A stretch of DNA of 64,000 nt, from NCBI GenBank assembly GCA_965248055.1, contig CBDFIJ010000004.1, positions 1,504,001 to 1,568,000 on the forward strand. The letters run 5' to 3'. The DNA is from Candidatus Multivoradales bacterium (GTDB lineage Bacteria; Acidobacteriota; Thermoanaerobaculia; Multivoradales; JAHEKO01). Under the pieces are notes generated by a model, which made no database searches, had not been told where the DNA came from, and was given only the letters and a program-made list of their open reading frames with translations. Below are positions 48,791 through 58,815 of the stretch, in pieces (positions within the stretch are counted from its first letter, which is position 1; each line of letters opens with the position of its first letter). The translations under genes and the position numbers were made by a program.

Positions 48791-49653
48791 TTTTTCTTCC
48801 CTCGCAAGTAAGTGCGAAAACCAATCGAGGTCGCGTTCATCGCCAGAACCATGCCGATCAAAACCAACGCCACCCCGAACGGCAAAGCTTCTGGAACCTC
48901 GGGCACCTGAGTCGAGACGACAAACAAATGCAATGACATCGCCATGGTTTGGTCGAAAACACTCTCGGGAAGAAAAGGCAGGAAGAAAGCCGCGCCGGTA
49001 AACATGATCGGGGCGGTCTCCCCGGCGGTGCGTGAGACCTCGAGGATGACGCCGGTCAAAATACCGCTGATCGAGTTGGGCAAGACCACCTTGCGGATGG
49101 TCTGCCACCGGGTTGCCCCCATATTCCAGCAAGCTTCTCGAAAGGCGTAGGGCACCGCCTGCAACGATTCTTTGGTCGCCACGATCACCACCGGCAGGGT
49201 CATTACCGCCAGAGTCAAACTGGCCGCAAGAATACTGGTCCCAAAACGAAAGAAAAGCACAAACGCGCCAACTCCGAACAGTGCGTGGACGATCGACGGC
49301 ACCCCCGCTAGATTGATGATCGCCAAGTTGATCGCGCGGGTCAGCCAGTTGTCCGGCGCGTACTCGGAAAGATAAACCGCGGCAGCGACGCCAATCGGAA
49401 TTGACGCCAGTAGCGCCACCACCACCAACCACACTGTGCCCACCAGAGCGGGAAGAATTCCTCCCTCAGTCATGCCGTTGGTCGGCTCGGACAGCAGGAA
49501 ATCCAGCGACAGAGCCGGACTTCCCTTGTAGATCAAAATCCCCAAGATCACCACCACTGGCAACACCAGCAGTAGGGTCATCATCAAGAACAGCAGCCGC
49601 CAAAGTCTTTCGACCTTACGATTGCGCTGGTTCAGTTTGGTGGTTTGAAACAT
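48784..49653 (-). CDS. pstA: Phosphate ABC transporter permease PstA
   Basis: AVYLSEYA, LAGVPSIV, GATRWQTI, RTAGETAP. Confidence 0.95.
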   Translation of the reverse strand: MFQTTKLNQRNRKVERLWRLLFLMMTLLLVLPVVVILGILIYKGSPALSLDFLLSEPTNGMTEGGILPALVGTVWLVVVALLASIPIGVAAAVYLSEYAPDNWLTRAINLAIINLAGVPSIVHALFGVGAFVLFFRFGTSILAASLTLAVMTLPVVIVATKESLQAVPYAFREACWNMGATRWQTIRKVVLPNSISGILTGVILEVSRTAGETAPIMFTGAAFFLPFLPESVFDQTMAMSLHLFVVSTQVPEVPEALPFGVALVLIGMVLAMNATSIGFRTYLRGKKKW

Positions 49654-49656
49654 CGC

Positions 49657-50574
49657 CTACTTGCGCCGAATGCCGCGAATCACCAGATCCGCGGTCAGGT
49701 TGATTACGAAAGTCACCACAAACAACAGAATGCCCAGGGTAAACAAAGCTCGGTAGTGATCAGACCCCACCGCCGTTTCGCCTAGTTCTGCGGCGATGGT
49801 GGCGGTCAACGCCCGTACCGAGTCGAATGGACTGGTCGGCAAATTGATCGAATGCCCACTGGCCATCAACACCGCCATGGTTTCGCCAAATCCCCGTCCG
49901 ACGCCCAACAAGATTGCTGCAACCAGCCCATTCTTGGCCGCGGGCAGAGCCACCCCACGCACCACCTGCCAACGGGTCGCACCCATGGCTTCAGCGGCCT
50001 CTCGATAGGTGTCGGGCACCGCTTTGAGCGCGTCTTCGGCGATCGTGGTCATGATCGGCGCCGCCATTAAGCCCAAAATGATCCCCGCATTGAGCACGTT
50101 GAGGCCGACCGGAACATTGAACCACTGAATGATCAACGGGTTCATGATCGACAGGCCGATGAAACCCCACACCACCGACGGGATCGCCGCCAGCATCTCA
50201 ACCGATACCTTGAGAACTTCGCGAGTGCGTCCGCTAGCAAATTCAGCAATGTAGATCGCTGCACCGAGCGAGAACGGCACCGCCACCAACATCGCCAACC
50301 CGGTAACGCTGGCGGTTCCAGCGATCAGAGCCAGAATGCCGTAGGTCGGGTTGTTGTCCGAAGTCGGGCGCCATTTGATTGAACCAAAGAACTCACCAAA
50401 ATCGAGCGCGTTGACGATAAAAGGAATTCCCTCGCGGCCAATAAAAACAAAGATCCCCAAGACCAGAACAATTCCGGAAATACCACCCGCAAAGATCAGT
50501 ACCTGGGCCAGTTTGTCCACGTACCACGCTAGATCACGGCGATCGATCGCGCTGGAATCTATTCCCGTCGCCAC
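49657..50574 (-). CDS. pstC: Phosphate ABC transporter permease PstC
   Basis: EMLAAIPSVVWG, EDALKAVP, GRGFGETMAVLM. Confidence 0.95.
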   Translation of the reverse strand: MATGIDSSAIDRRDLAWYVDKLAQVLIFAGGISGIVLVLGIFVFIGREGIPFIVNALDFGEFFGSIKWRPTSDNNPTYGILALIAGTASVTGLAMLVAVPFSLGAAIYIAEFASGRTREVLKVSVEMLAAIPSVVWGFIGLSIMNPLIIQWFNVPVGLNVLNAGIILGLMAAPIMTTIAEDALKAVPDTYREAAEAMGATRWQVVRGVALPAAKNGLVAAILLGVGRGFGETMAVLMASGHSINLPTSPFDSVRALTATIAAELGETAVGSDHYRALFTLGILLFVVTFVINLTADLVIRGIRRK

Positions 50575-50576
50575 AC

Positions 50577-51674
50577 TCAGTCCACTTCTTTGCCGCGAAC
50601 CATTTCCATCAAGCGTCCGATCTCGTGCTTGAGATTGCGGAAGGCAACTTCCAACGCCTCACCGGCAGCCTCGGGATCAAGGCCATTCGGGGGATCTCCA
50701 ACCTGCCATTCGACAACCACTGTCTGCAGGGGCAGCAAATTATGACCAAAGCGCTCGATCGGATCGCCGTCCAAGCTCACCACGACCTCAAAATCCATGA
50801 CTCCAGCGCCAAGCTGTTCGAGTGTCGAAGGCGACAACTCTCCTGAGTCCAACCCCCGCAATTCCATAAACCTCCGACTGTTGGGCTCCAGTTCTTCGGC
50901 TTCAGTCCAGCCCGCGCTGGCGAATAGGTTGGAACCTGAAAAGGCTTTGGTCGCGTAGGCGACGGCGAGTTGGGTCAAGGCGTCGTCGCGCTCGGCGACA
51001 AAGAGCACACGCGACAAGCGTTTCTTGGTCATTTGACCGGTGGCGACGAAGATGGTCTCTTCGCAGATGTTCTCCGCCTGATCCGCGACTCGTCGCAGAG
51101 CGCTGATCGCCGCACCCAGTGACAATACGTCCCTGATCGATCTGGTTCCCGCCTCGCCTTCTGCCAGCAAGTCTTTGCCCATCTGACGCAACAAGATTTT
51201 GGCAGCGCGAGATAACTGGAAGGTTCCGGTCGCCAGATCCGAGTTCTCCTCATCAAAGGCATGTGCAGCTTGCTGCAAAAGCTTGCGTATCTGATCTCCG
51301 TAGAGTTCAAAATCAGCAATCACTTGTTCTGGAGGAACCTGCTCGAGATGCACCCCTTGGCGCGCAATGATCGCCGCATAGTCACCGACTCTCTCCAGCG
51401 CTACGCTCAGCCGCAGTACTGAAGAAACAAAACGCAAGTGTCCGGCGCTGGGCAAGTGTAGAGCAACAAACGCATGACACTTGCCGTCCAGCTTGCGCAC
51501 CCGCCGGTTAACCACCAGATCACCGAGGGCAATCTCAGCAGCCATCTGGCGATCGCCTATAACCAATGCCTGAATCGCGTCGCCAATGGCGCCGTCAACT
51601 CGTTCGACCAACTCTCGAACGCGTCCGCGGATGTTGCTGAGATCGTGCTCCAGTCGTTCCTCGTAGTGACTCAT
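50577..51674 (-). CDS. phoU: PhoU fused to a degenerate LMW-PTP/ArsC-like C-terminal domain
   Basis: N-terminal ~215 aa PhoU repeats (LRFVSSVLRL..ALERVGD, LRRVADQAENICEETIF). C-terminal ~145 aa: RVLFVAERDDALTQLA, FASAG, DFEVVVSL, W.VGDP. Confidence 0.85.
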   Translation of the reverse strand: MSHYEERLEHDLSNIRGRVRELVERVDGAIGDAIQALVIGDRQMAAEIALGDLVVNRRVRKLDGKCHAFVALHLPSAGHLRFVSSVLRLSVALERVGDYAAIIARQGVHLEQVPPEQVIADFELYGDQIRKLLQQAAHAFDEENSDLATGTFQLSRAAKILLRQMGKDLLAEGEAGTRSIRDVLSLGAAISALRRVADQAENICEETIFVATGQMTKKRLSRVLFVAERDDALTQLAVAYATKAFSGSNLFASAGWTEAEELEPNSRRFMELRGLDSGELSPSTLEQLGAGVMDFEVVVSLDGDPIERFGHNLLPLQTVVVEWQVGDPPNGLDPEAAGEALEVAFRNLKHEIGRLMEMVRGKEVD

Positions 51675-51734
51675 GATGGGCCTCCCGTTGTCATCCTACT
51701 TCGCTCCAACCGTCAGGCTGGACTGGTGAATCGA

Positions 51735-52622
51735 TCATCCGCAATTAACGTCTCGGATTGCAGCGTAGCCCTTCTCCAGAAGGATGCATTGTCCGGTGTC
51801 GCTCAAGATCCAGTCGAGATAGGTCTTGATCGCACCCTCAGGCTGTCCAGCGGTATACATCATCAACGGACGAGAGATCGCGTAGGAGCTGTCGGCCGCC
51901 GAATTCACCGCAGGATCGACGCACTCACCGTTCTTACCACTGACGCAAGGCATCTTGATCTCATCGGTTGCGTAGGCCAAACCACTGTAGCCAATGGCAC
52001 AAGGAGTGTTGTGAACGAGGTCGACCACATCCTTGGAACCGTGCATATCTAGCGAGCCGAGTTTGTATTCACTCTCTTTGCCCAGCACCGTTTCCTTGAA
52101 ATAGGCATAGGTGCCGGAGTTGTTTTGCCGACTGGCGCGAATAATTTCATCGCTATCGCAACCTGGAACGGTAACCCCGAGATCAGACCACGATTCGATA
52201 GCTCCATCCTCACCATAGATGCTGGCTAGCTGCTCCAAACTAATGCTCTCGATCGGGTTATCGTGGTGAAGAAATACCGCCAAGGCATCGTAGCCAACGA
52301 TCCACTGCACCGGCTCAACCCCATTGCCACGAGCTGCTTCTAGCTCTTTTTCTTTCATCTTGCGGCTGGCGTTTGCAATATCGACGGTACCGTTGATCAT
52401 TGCCGCAATACCGGTCCCGGAACCTCCGCCCGTCACCGCGATGGCGACGTTGGCGTCCACTTCCTTGTACTCCTCGGCCCAAGCCTGAGCAACATTAACC
52501 AGAGTGTCGGAACCCTTATTTTGGATCACGGTTCGGCCACCGCGACTTCCACCATCGGGCCGTCCACAGGCAGCCAACACCAACAGGCAACTCAATACCA
52601 AAACCTTTTTCTTCATCGCCAA
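51735..52622 (-). CDS. pstS: Phosphate-binding lipoprotein PstS
   Basis: LAAC lipobox; KGSDT, GGGSGTGI, DIANASR, RQNNSGTY, AIGYSG. Confidence 0.95.
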   Translation of the reverse strand: MAMKKKVLVLSCLLVLAACGRPDGGSRGGRTVIQNKGSDTLVNVAQAWAEEYKEVDANVAIAVTGGGSGTGIAAMINGTVDIANASRKMKEKELEAARGNGVEPVQWIVGYDALAVFLHHDNPIESISLEQLASIYGEDGAIESWSDLGVTVPGCDSDEIIRASRQNNSGTYAYFKETVLGKESEYKLGSLDMHGSKDVVDLVHNTPCAIGYSGLAYATDEIKMPCVSGKNGECVDPAVNSAADSSYAISRPLMMYTAGQPEGAIKTYLDWILSDTGQCILLEKGYAAIRDVNCG

Positions 52623-52672
52623 ATTCTCCTCCGGTTGTGCCCGGTACTGATTTCAATAACTCTGTCGCTGGC

Positions 52673-53815
52673 CTAGAAAACAAACTGAAACTGGACGAAC
52701 GCTTCATCCGCGTCAAAACCGGACACCCCGTCTAGATTCTCGCCTATTCGATAAGTCGCCTGTACTTTGACCTTGTGCTTATTCCAAAAGCAATTGACGC
52801 CCACTGACGTCCGGTTCCACTTATCTTGATAGGTGTCAGCGTCGAGACTCTCATACCCAGCAGCCACTTCGACCCGCTCGGGCCTAATCATGTATCCGCC
52901 CTCGAGCGAAAGTTTGCTCAAGTCAGCCGTTCCGTTCCGATATAAGCCGCCAGAAAAGGCCGCATCCACCGTGTCGGCAGTTTGGGACTGCAACTCCAGA
53001 TCACCGGAAAATCCGTTACCGCGAAACCCGGCGCTCAGCTCGAATCCGGTAACGCTGTCGATATCCGCCTTCTTGGCATCGGTGCTCACGCCCGCCGCAG
53101 TTCGAGAGTTGTTGTCGCCATCGTTGGACCAAGAAAACGCAGCAACGCCAAACGTGAACTTGCTCTCACCACCGAAGTCACCCTGGTCTTTCTTGAGCTC
53201 TCCTGCCGGATGGAAGTCGAGCCGACCCGAGGTGAGCCATCCCTGGTTGAAGTCGGTGTCTCGGTTAACCGGAGAGTCGAAATCGAGCTTCTTGGCATCA
53301 GGATCGATAGACGCTTGGCCGACAAAGGCGCCCCAGGTCATTTTCTTGGAATTGGACTTTCCCTCCAATCCCAGCCCCAACGCTCGATCCGGAGAACCGT
53401 AGTTGTGATCTCCAGAAAACGTGCGCTCCACCAACTGCTGACGCTTGGACGAGGTCAAAAACTCGCGCGAGAAATAAGGCTTCATATTGCCAATCTTGAC
53501 CGTCATCTTGTCGGCTTGGTAGCGCATCCAAGCGTCTTTGACCGCAACTTCATTGCCACTCGAAGCTTTCCCTAGATCGAACTGAATCTTCGCATCCCAG
53601 TCCTCGGTGACCGAACCCAGGATGTATGGACGAAGGCGACGAAAGAACAAGTCGTCCTCGCCAGATCCCTCATCGGGGTTCTCAGTGTGGTATTGCAACT
53701 GAAGCCGCCCACCGACTTCAATTTTCTTTGCGCCTTCTTGATAGACGACGATCCCCGCCGCGGTCGGGTCTACCACCGCCAGCAACAGGATCCCCGCTGC
53801 CAAATACATCTTCAT
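52673..53815 (-). CDS. Phosphate-selective porin (OprO/OprP-like)
   Basis: Signal peptide, GGRLQ, FFRRLR, KDAW, terminal QFQFVF; first gene of the pst operon; GAAGGAG Shine-Dalgarno. Confidence 0.8.
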   Translation of the reverse strand: MKMYLAAGILLLAVVDPTAAGIVVYQEGAKKIEVGGRLQLQYHTENPDEGSGEDDLFFRRLRPYILGSVTEDWDAKIQFDLGKASSGNEVAVKDAWMRYQADKMTVKIGNMKPYFSREFLTSSKRQQLVERTFSGDHNYGSPDRALGLGLEGKSNSKKMTWGAFVGQASIDPDAKKLDFDSPVNRDTDFNQGWLTSGRLDFHPAGELKKDQGDFGGESKFTFGVAAFSWSNDGDNNSRTAAGVSTDAKKADIDSVTGFELSAGFRGNGFSGDLELQSQTADTVDAAFSGGLYRNGTADLSKLSLEGGYMIRPERVEVAAGYESLDADTYQDKWNRTSVGVNCFWNKHKVKVQATYRIGENLDGVSGFDADEAFVQFQFVF

Positions 53816-53882
53816 GTTGTTGCTCTCCTTCATTTGTTGTCGACAACCTACAGAATCGCACCGACGAACGTTCGACGGAGAA

Positions 53883-53900
53883 GTGACAAACATGCAACAA
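53883..53900 (-). promoter_or_regulatory. Possible Pho-box-like 7-4-7 direct repeat
   Basis: Minus strand TTGTTGC-ATGT-TTGTCAC between the divergent porin-pst operon and ppx; second half-site matches CTGTCAC at 6/7. Confidence 0.35.
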
Positions 53901-53933
53901 CGCATTCCGGCCAGGCCCGGCTAGAATCCCCGA

Positions 53934-55463
53934 ATGGTAGCTCCAGATATTGAACTCCAGCGCCTCGGGTTCGTCGACATGGGCTCCAATACCGCCCGTT
54001 TGGTGGTCTTTGAGTATCAACCGGGGGTTTGGTTTCAAGTAATCGATTCGATTCGAGAGCCGGTCCGCTTGGCGGAAGGGTTCGCCGAGACCGGAGAACT
54101 GTCCACCAGTGCCATTGATCGCGCGATCGCGGCGCTCAAACTGTTTGCGGATTTTGGCCAAGCGACTCAGTTGCCACCGATTACCGTGTTTTGTACCAGC
54201 GCCGTTCGCGAGGCAAGTAACCGCGAGCAATTCCTATCTCAGGTGGAAGCCTTAGGTCTGCCTTACCAAATCCTGACCGGAAAGGATGAGGCTCAGCGGG
54301 GGTCTTTGGCGGTGGTCAACTCGCTGGATGTGAGTGACGCTTGGGTCATCGACTTGGGCGGCGGCAGCGCTCAACTCTCCCGGGTAAGAGACCGCACCTT
54401 TGTCGAGGGAGATGCCTACCCCTTGGGCGCTGTTCGTACTACCGAGCAGTTTTTCGAGGCGAGCATCAATCCGGCCTCGGTCGCCGATCTCGAACAGTTT
54501 GTCTGCCGTCAATTGGCAACCCAGCTAGCCAAAATCGCTGAGGGTGAGGATCCCATCGCAGTCATGGGTGGATCAATTCGCAGTCTGGCCTTGGCCGCCC
54601 AGGCGACCGAGCGCTATCCATTTCCACTGCTCCACGGCTATTCCTTGAGCCTTGCTCAACTTGAGCAAGTCACCGAGCGCCTGCTCACCAGAACCTTGGC
54701 GCAACGCAAACGCATGGCCGGAATTGTCGCCGACCGCGCAGACATTCTGCCGGCCGCAGCGATCGTCTTTCGCACCATCCTTCGGGAATCGAAGCGGGCA
54801 CACCTTACGATCTCGGGCACCGGCGTGCGCGAAGGGATCTTTTTTACTCGCTTTTTGCCCGAACCTCATCTCTTGCACGCATTGCGCAGCTTCGCTGTCT
54901 CCAACCTACGGCGAGAATCCAGCCCCAGGGGCCACCCGGCACAAGTGCGACGGTTGGCGTTGGCCCTGTTTGACGGATTGCGTCCCCTACACCGGCTCGA
55001 TACCGGCACCAGAGAACTGTTGGCGACAGCCGCCGATTTGCACGATGTTGGAACTCGTATTTCGTTTCACCGTCGACATCGCCACGCCTCCTACCTGGTC
55101 AACGCTGCTCCCCTGCCTGGATTCAGCCACCGGGAACAGGCCTTTATCTCAACCTTAGTTCGCTACCATCGCAGTGGTCGACCCTCGTTTGGAGCATTTC
55201 AACGCTTATTCTCAGCGTCGGATGAACAAGCACTTCTCTATACCGCCACCTGTCTGCGATTGGCGATCCAGTTCGAACGCTCTCGAGCGAGCCGAATCGC
55301 CGATCTTCGCGTCAAGCTCGGGGAGCCGGTCGAGATCGAGGTCTATGCGCTTGCCGAGCCCACAGTAGAACTGTGGGAAGCCGGCAAACACGCCAACCTA
55401 TTTCACACCGCGTTTGGGCATTCGGTCAGGTTTCGCTTCAAGCCACTGAAGGACTCCGCATAG
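53934..55463 (+). CDS. ppx: Exopolyphosphatase Ppx/GppA
   Basis: VDMGSNTARL, TSAVREASN, DLGGGS, RADIL, GVREG, C-terminal LHDVG. Confidence 0.92.
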   Translation: MVAPDIELQRLGFVDMGSNTARLVVFEYQPGVWFQVIDSIREPVRLAEGFAETGELSTSAIDRAIAALKLFADFGQATQLPPITVFCTSAVREASNREQFLSQVEALGLPYQILTGKDEAQRGSLAVVNSLDVSDAWVIDLGGGSAQLSRVRDRTFVEGDAYPLGAVRTTEQFFEASINPASVADLEQFVCRQLATQLAKIAEGEDPIAVMGGSIRSLALAAQATERYPFPLLHGYSLSLAQLEQVTERLLTRTLAQRKRMAGIVADRADILPAAAIVFRTILRESKRAHLTISGTGVREGIFFTRFLPEPHLLHALRSFAVSNLRRESSPRGHPAQVRRLALALFDGLRPLHRLDTGTRELLATAADLHDVGTRISFHRRHRHASYLVNAAPLPGFSHREQAFISTLVRYHRSGRPSFGAFQRLFSASDEQALLYTATCLRLAIQFERSRASRIADLRVKLGEPVEIEVYALAEPTVELWEAGKHANLFHTAFGHSVRFRFKPLKDSA

Positions 55464-55555
55464 AAAAAAACAGGAATGCCGATCTCGGGACAGTCTAAGA
55501 TAGGCACCGAGGCGCCCGATTCGGTCCTTTTGACCGCAATCGGATAAGTCCCGTT

Positions 55556-58177
55556 ATGTCACTTTCTCCCGGACAGATCCTGGGCCACTACCGCATTGTC
55601 GCCAAGCTCGGCGAGGGCGGAATGGGCGAGGTATTTGAAGCCCAAGACCAAGTCTTAGGTCGCCTGGTAGCGCTCAAGACCCTGACCGACGAATCGGCCA
55701 CCAAGTCTTCGCGCTTGGAACGATTCCGCACCGAAGCAAAGGCGATCGCCGCACTCAACCACCCCAACATCGTACATATCTACTCGGTGGAAGAAGTGGA
55801 CGACGTCCACTTTTTGACCATGGAGAAGGTCGACGGCAAGCCGCTCAACCGCGCCACCCCAGAAGGTGGAATGGCCATCCAGCCGTTCTTGGCGATGGCC
55901 ATCAAGTTGGTGAGTGCGGTTTCTGCAGCCCACAAACAAGGGGTCACCCATCGCGACCTGAAGCCAGCCAACATCCTGATCGACGCTGGAGGTCACATTA
56001 AGGTTCTGGACTTCGGCTTGGCCAAGATCGCTCCGCGCGCAAACTCGGTGGATAGCGACGATCAGCACACCGCCATGATGACCCGTGTGGGATCGGTGAT
56101 TGGCTCCGCGCCCTATATGTCGCCTGAACAGGCGCGCGGTGAAGCGATCGATTCGCGAACCGACATCTTTTCGTTGGGGATCGTTCTCTACCAAGCCCTG
56201 ACGGGTATTTCCCCGTTCCATCGCAAATCGTCTGTTGAATCCCAAGTCGCGGTGATCAAAGCAGAGCCGAAACCACTGGCTTCGCTGCGCCCAGAACTTC
56301 CAGAAAGCGTTTCCACGGTTTTGCACCGCGCGATGGCAAAAGAAATCGGTGAACGCTACCAAACGGCTGACGAACTACTGCATGACCTGCAGTTGCTGGA
56401 GGACGAAGTACGCCTGGCCAGTGCCTCTCGTACCGAGCTAGTGAACCTGGCTCTACCTGGTGGCAATTCCCTCGTCGGGCTGGGATCGAAGACCACGATC
56501 AAGAAGCTCGCTTGGCCGGTCGGTGCAATCATCGTGATTTTGGCCGCCTTTCTAGTCTGGACCCAGTTCAACGCCCCAGCGGAATCGTCGATCCAGAACT
56601 CAGTGGCAGTGTTGCCGTTTGACAACCTGACGGGATCTCCAGCCAGTGACTACCTCGGGAAAGGCATTGCCTTTCACCTGATAACTCAGTTGAGCGAACT
56701 GGCCGATCTGCGGGTCGTCGGTAGATCCGAGGCTTGGGACAATCCCGACCTGCCTCGATCTCGCCAAGAGCTGGCGAGGCGACTGGGCGTTGGCCTGTTT
56801 CTAGAGGGAGCAGTTCAACGCGACGGGGACCAGTTGAGCGTCTCTGTACAGATGAGCGACGCACGCACCAACTCTATGGTGTGGGGAGAGACCTTTCATC
56901 AGGCCGATGGCCAACTAATGCAGTTGCAGTCCGATATCTCTCGCCGTGTTACCACCTTTCTCCAAGTGCCACTATCCCGTAGCGAGCGAAGGCGGCTATC
57001 TCGCAACCCTACCCAGTCCTTTCGAGCCTACGACTTCTATCTTCAGGGTCAGGACCATTTGACCAATCGACTCCTGCGGCGCGGACCAGAGCTGGCAGCG
57101 AGCGCCTTCCAACAAGCCATCCGCCTGGACCAAGAATTCGCCCTGGCACACGTAGGTCTAAGCGAGGCACTGTGGCGCCGCTATCGCTTGGAACGCGAAG
57201 ACAGCCTACTCATTGACGCTGAGGAAGAAGCACGTCGAGCGCTCGAGTTCGATCCTCACCTAGCAGCAGCACAGGTTGCCATTGCCCGCCTGCTTCGCGA
57301 GCGCGGTGATATTGGACGGTCGATCGCCGAGTTACAACAAGCGGCCGCTTCGCACCCAAAGCCTGATGAAGCGTACATAGAACTTGGAAACAGCTATCAG
57401 CGTATCGGAGAAGCGGCCTCGGCAGAACAATGGTTTCGCGCGGCAACGGCGTTCGGTACCGAAAACTGGTGGAACTGGAATGCGCTGGGATTTTTTCTAA
57501 GCGATATGGGCAGATATCAGGAGGCCGAAGATGCGTTCAAACGAACCCGCTCGTTAGCTCCAGAAGATCAAAGGTCGTGGGTTTCTACGAACTTAGTAGG
57601 CATACAAATTCTGCAAGGCCGCTATGCTGAAGCGGCAGCAACCTTTGAAGGGAATGCCACGGAGATTGGAAATGCTGCCTTGGCATCTAACCTTGGAACC
57701 GCCTATTTCTTCAACCTTGAATATGATCGAGTCGAGCCACTTTACCTGCGCGCGACTCAACTCTCCCCGAATGATCCTGCCTATCGCGGCAACCTTGGCG
57801 ACCTTTACACCAAAATGGGGCGCACAGTCGAAGCAGAAACTGAGTACAGCCGCGCAGCCCAACTCGCACGAACCGAGGCAACTTCAACAGGAAATGCGTC
57901 AGATGGAATTGCAGCCCGCTACTACGGAGCAAAATCCCATCAATGCGGCGAAGCCATGTCCAACATCGAGAAAATCATGGCAGAAAATGCCGACGATGGT
58001 CATAGCCTAGCTTCCATCCAAGCATTGTGTGGAACACCTCGACAAGCAATTACTGCCGTGAAGGTCGCAATCGACCTCGGATATCCCTCCGAGATGATCT
58101 CTGCAGATCAGGATTTCGATCATCTCAAGAACATTCCAGAATTTGATCTCCTGGTCAAACCTCAGGATAGCGGCTAG
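55556..58177 (+). CDS. Membrane Ser/Thr protein kinase with TolB-N-like domain and TPR repeats
   Basis: GEGGMG, VALK, HRDLKPAN, DFG, YMSPEQ; TM near aa 319-336; SVAVLPFDNL; TPRs. Confidence 0.92.
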   Translation: MSLSPGQILGHYRIVAKLGEGGMGEVFEAQDQVLGRLVALKTLTDESATKSSRLERFRTEAKAIAALNHPNIVHIYSVEEVDDVHFLTMEKVDGKPLNRATPEGGMAIQPFLAMAIKLVSAVSAAHKQGVTHRDLKPANILIDAGGHIKVLDFGLAKIAPRANSVDSDDQHTAMMTRVGSVIGSAPYMSPEQARGEAIDSRTDIFSLGIVLYQALTGISPFHRKSSVESQVAVIKAEPKPLASLRPELPESVSTVLHRAMAKEIGERYQTADELLHDLQLLEDEVRLASASRTELVNLALPGGNSLVGLGSKTTIKKLAWPVGAIIVILAAFLVWTQFNAPAESSIQNSVAVLPFDNLTGSPASDYLGKGIAFHLITQLSELADLRVVGRSEAWDNPDLPRSRQELARRLGVGLFLEGAVQRDGDQLSVSVQMSDARTNSMVWGETFHQADGQLMQLQSDISRRVTTFLQVPLSRSERRRLSRNPTQSFRAYDFYLQGQDHLTNRLLRRGPELAASAFQQAIRLDQEFALAHVGLSEALWRRYRLEREDSLLIDAEEEARRALEFDPHLAAAQVAIARLLRERGDIGRSIAELQQAAASHPKPDEAYIELGNSYQRIGEAASAEQWFRAATAFGTENWWNWNALGFFLSDMGRYQEAEDAFKRTRSLAPEDQRSWVSTNLVGIQILQGRYAEAAATFEGNATEIGNAALASNLGTAYFFNLEYDRVEPLYLRATQLSPNDPAYRGNLGDLYTKMGRTVEAETEYSRAAQLARTEATSTGNASDGIAARYYGAKSHQCGEAMSNIEKIMAENADDGHSLASIQALCGTPRQAITAVKVAIDLGYPSEMISADQDFDHLKNIPEFDLLVKPQDSG

Positions 58178-58204
58178 TCCAAACTAGTCACCGCCCGTAG
58201 CATC

Positions 58205-58750
58205 CTAAGGCCCGCCTAGAATTATGACCTTCGGATCCAAAACGGAGAGCTCTGCTCCCTTTGTCCCGTTTACACATTCATAGACTTTCACGTCGTATTC
58301 CCATTCATATTGCTGGTGGTCCCCAGGCTCACAGTTGGCAGGACCAGCCTTGGTGATCGGAGCACCCTTACAATCGATCGCGTCTGGAGTGTCGAGGTAA
58401 GGATCTCCATTGGCGCACGCACCGTTGCTGCTCTTGGGGGTGATTTCCCAATAGTTATCGTCGTGAGCTGAAGTTCTCCACAGCACAAATTGCGGGCGTC
58501 CACCGGCAACGTTGGTCGGGTAGACATCAGCAGAGTCCGGATCGACGGTAATGACACACGTGCCTGTAGAGCAATCGAGGTCCAAGCAAACCACCACGTC
58601 TTGACCCTGTGGAGCACCACACGCCACGGCGTCCGCTGCCGGCGGCGGTGGAGGTGGCGGCGGCGCAAGAGGTTCTTTCTTCGCACAACCCAACCCTACG
58701 ACCACCAATGTCAAAGCAATTCCAAGCCAACGAGTATTTCCGCGCATCAC
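58205..58750 (-). CDS. Cys-rich lipoprotein with poly-Pro tether
   Basis: VGLGC lipobox, P8 linker, 8 further Cys, C-terminal LDPKVII; AGGAGG Shine-Dalgarno. Confidence 0.8.
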   Translation of the reverse strand: MMRGNTRWLGIALTLVVVGLGCAKKEPLAPPPPPPPPAADAVACGAPQGQDVVVCLDLDCSTGTCVITVDPDSADVYPTNVAGGRPQFVLWRTSAHDDNYWEITPKSSNGACANGDPYLDTPDAIDCKGAPITKAGPANCEPGDHQQYEWEYDVKVYECVNGTKGAELSVLDPKVIILGGP

Positions 58751-58815
58751 CAGCCTCCTTGTAATCGGTGCCTTGGAAACGTCCCTAGCGGCACCCTGCG
58801 TCTCAAGTTGAACTC

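Noticed and set aside
48791-49432. Apparent 474-aa extended PstB
   Set aside because: The extension is an alternate frame over pstA; the real start is near 48790.
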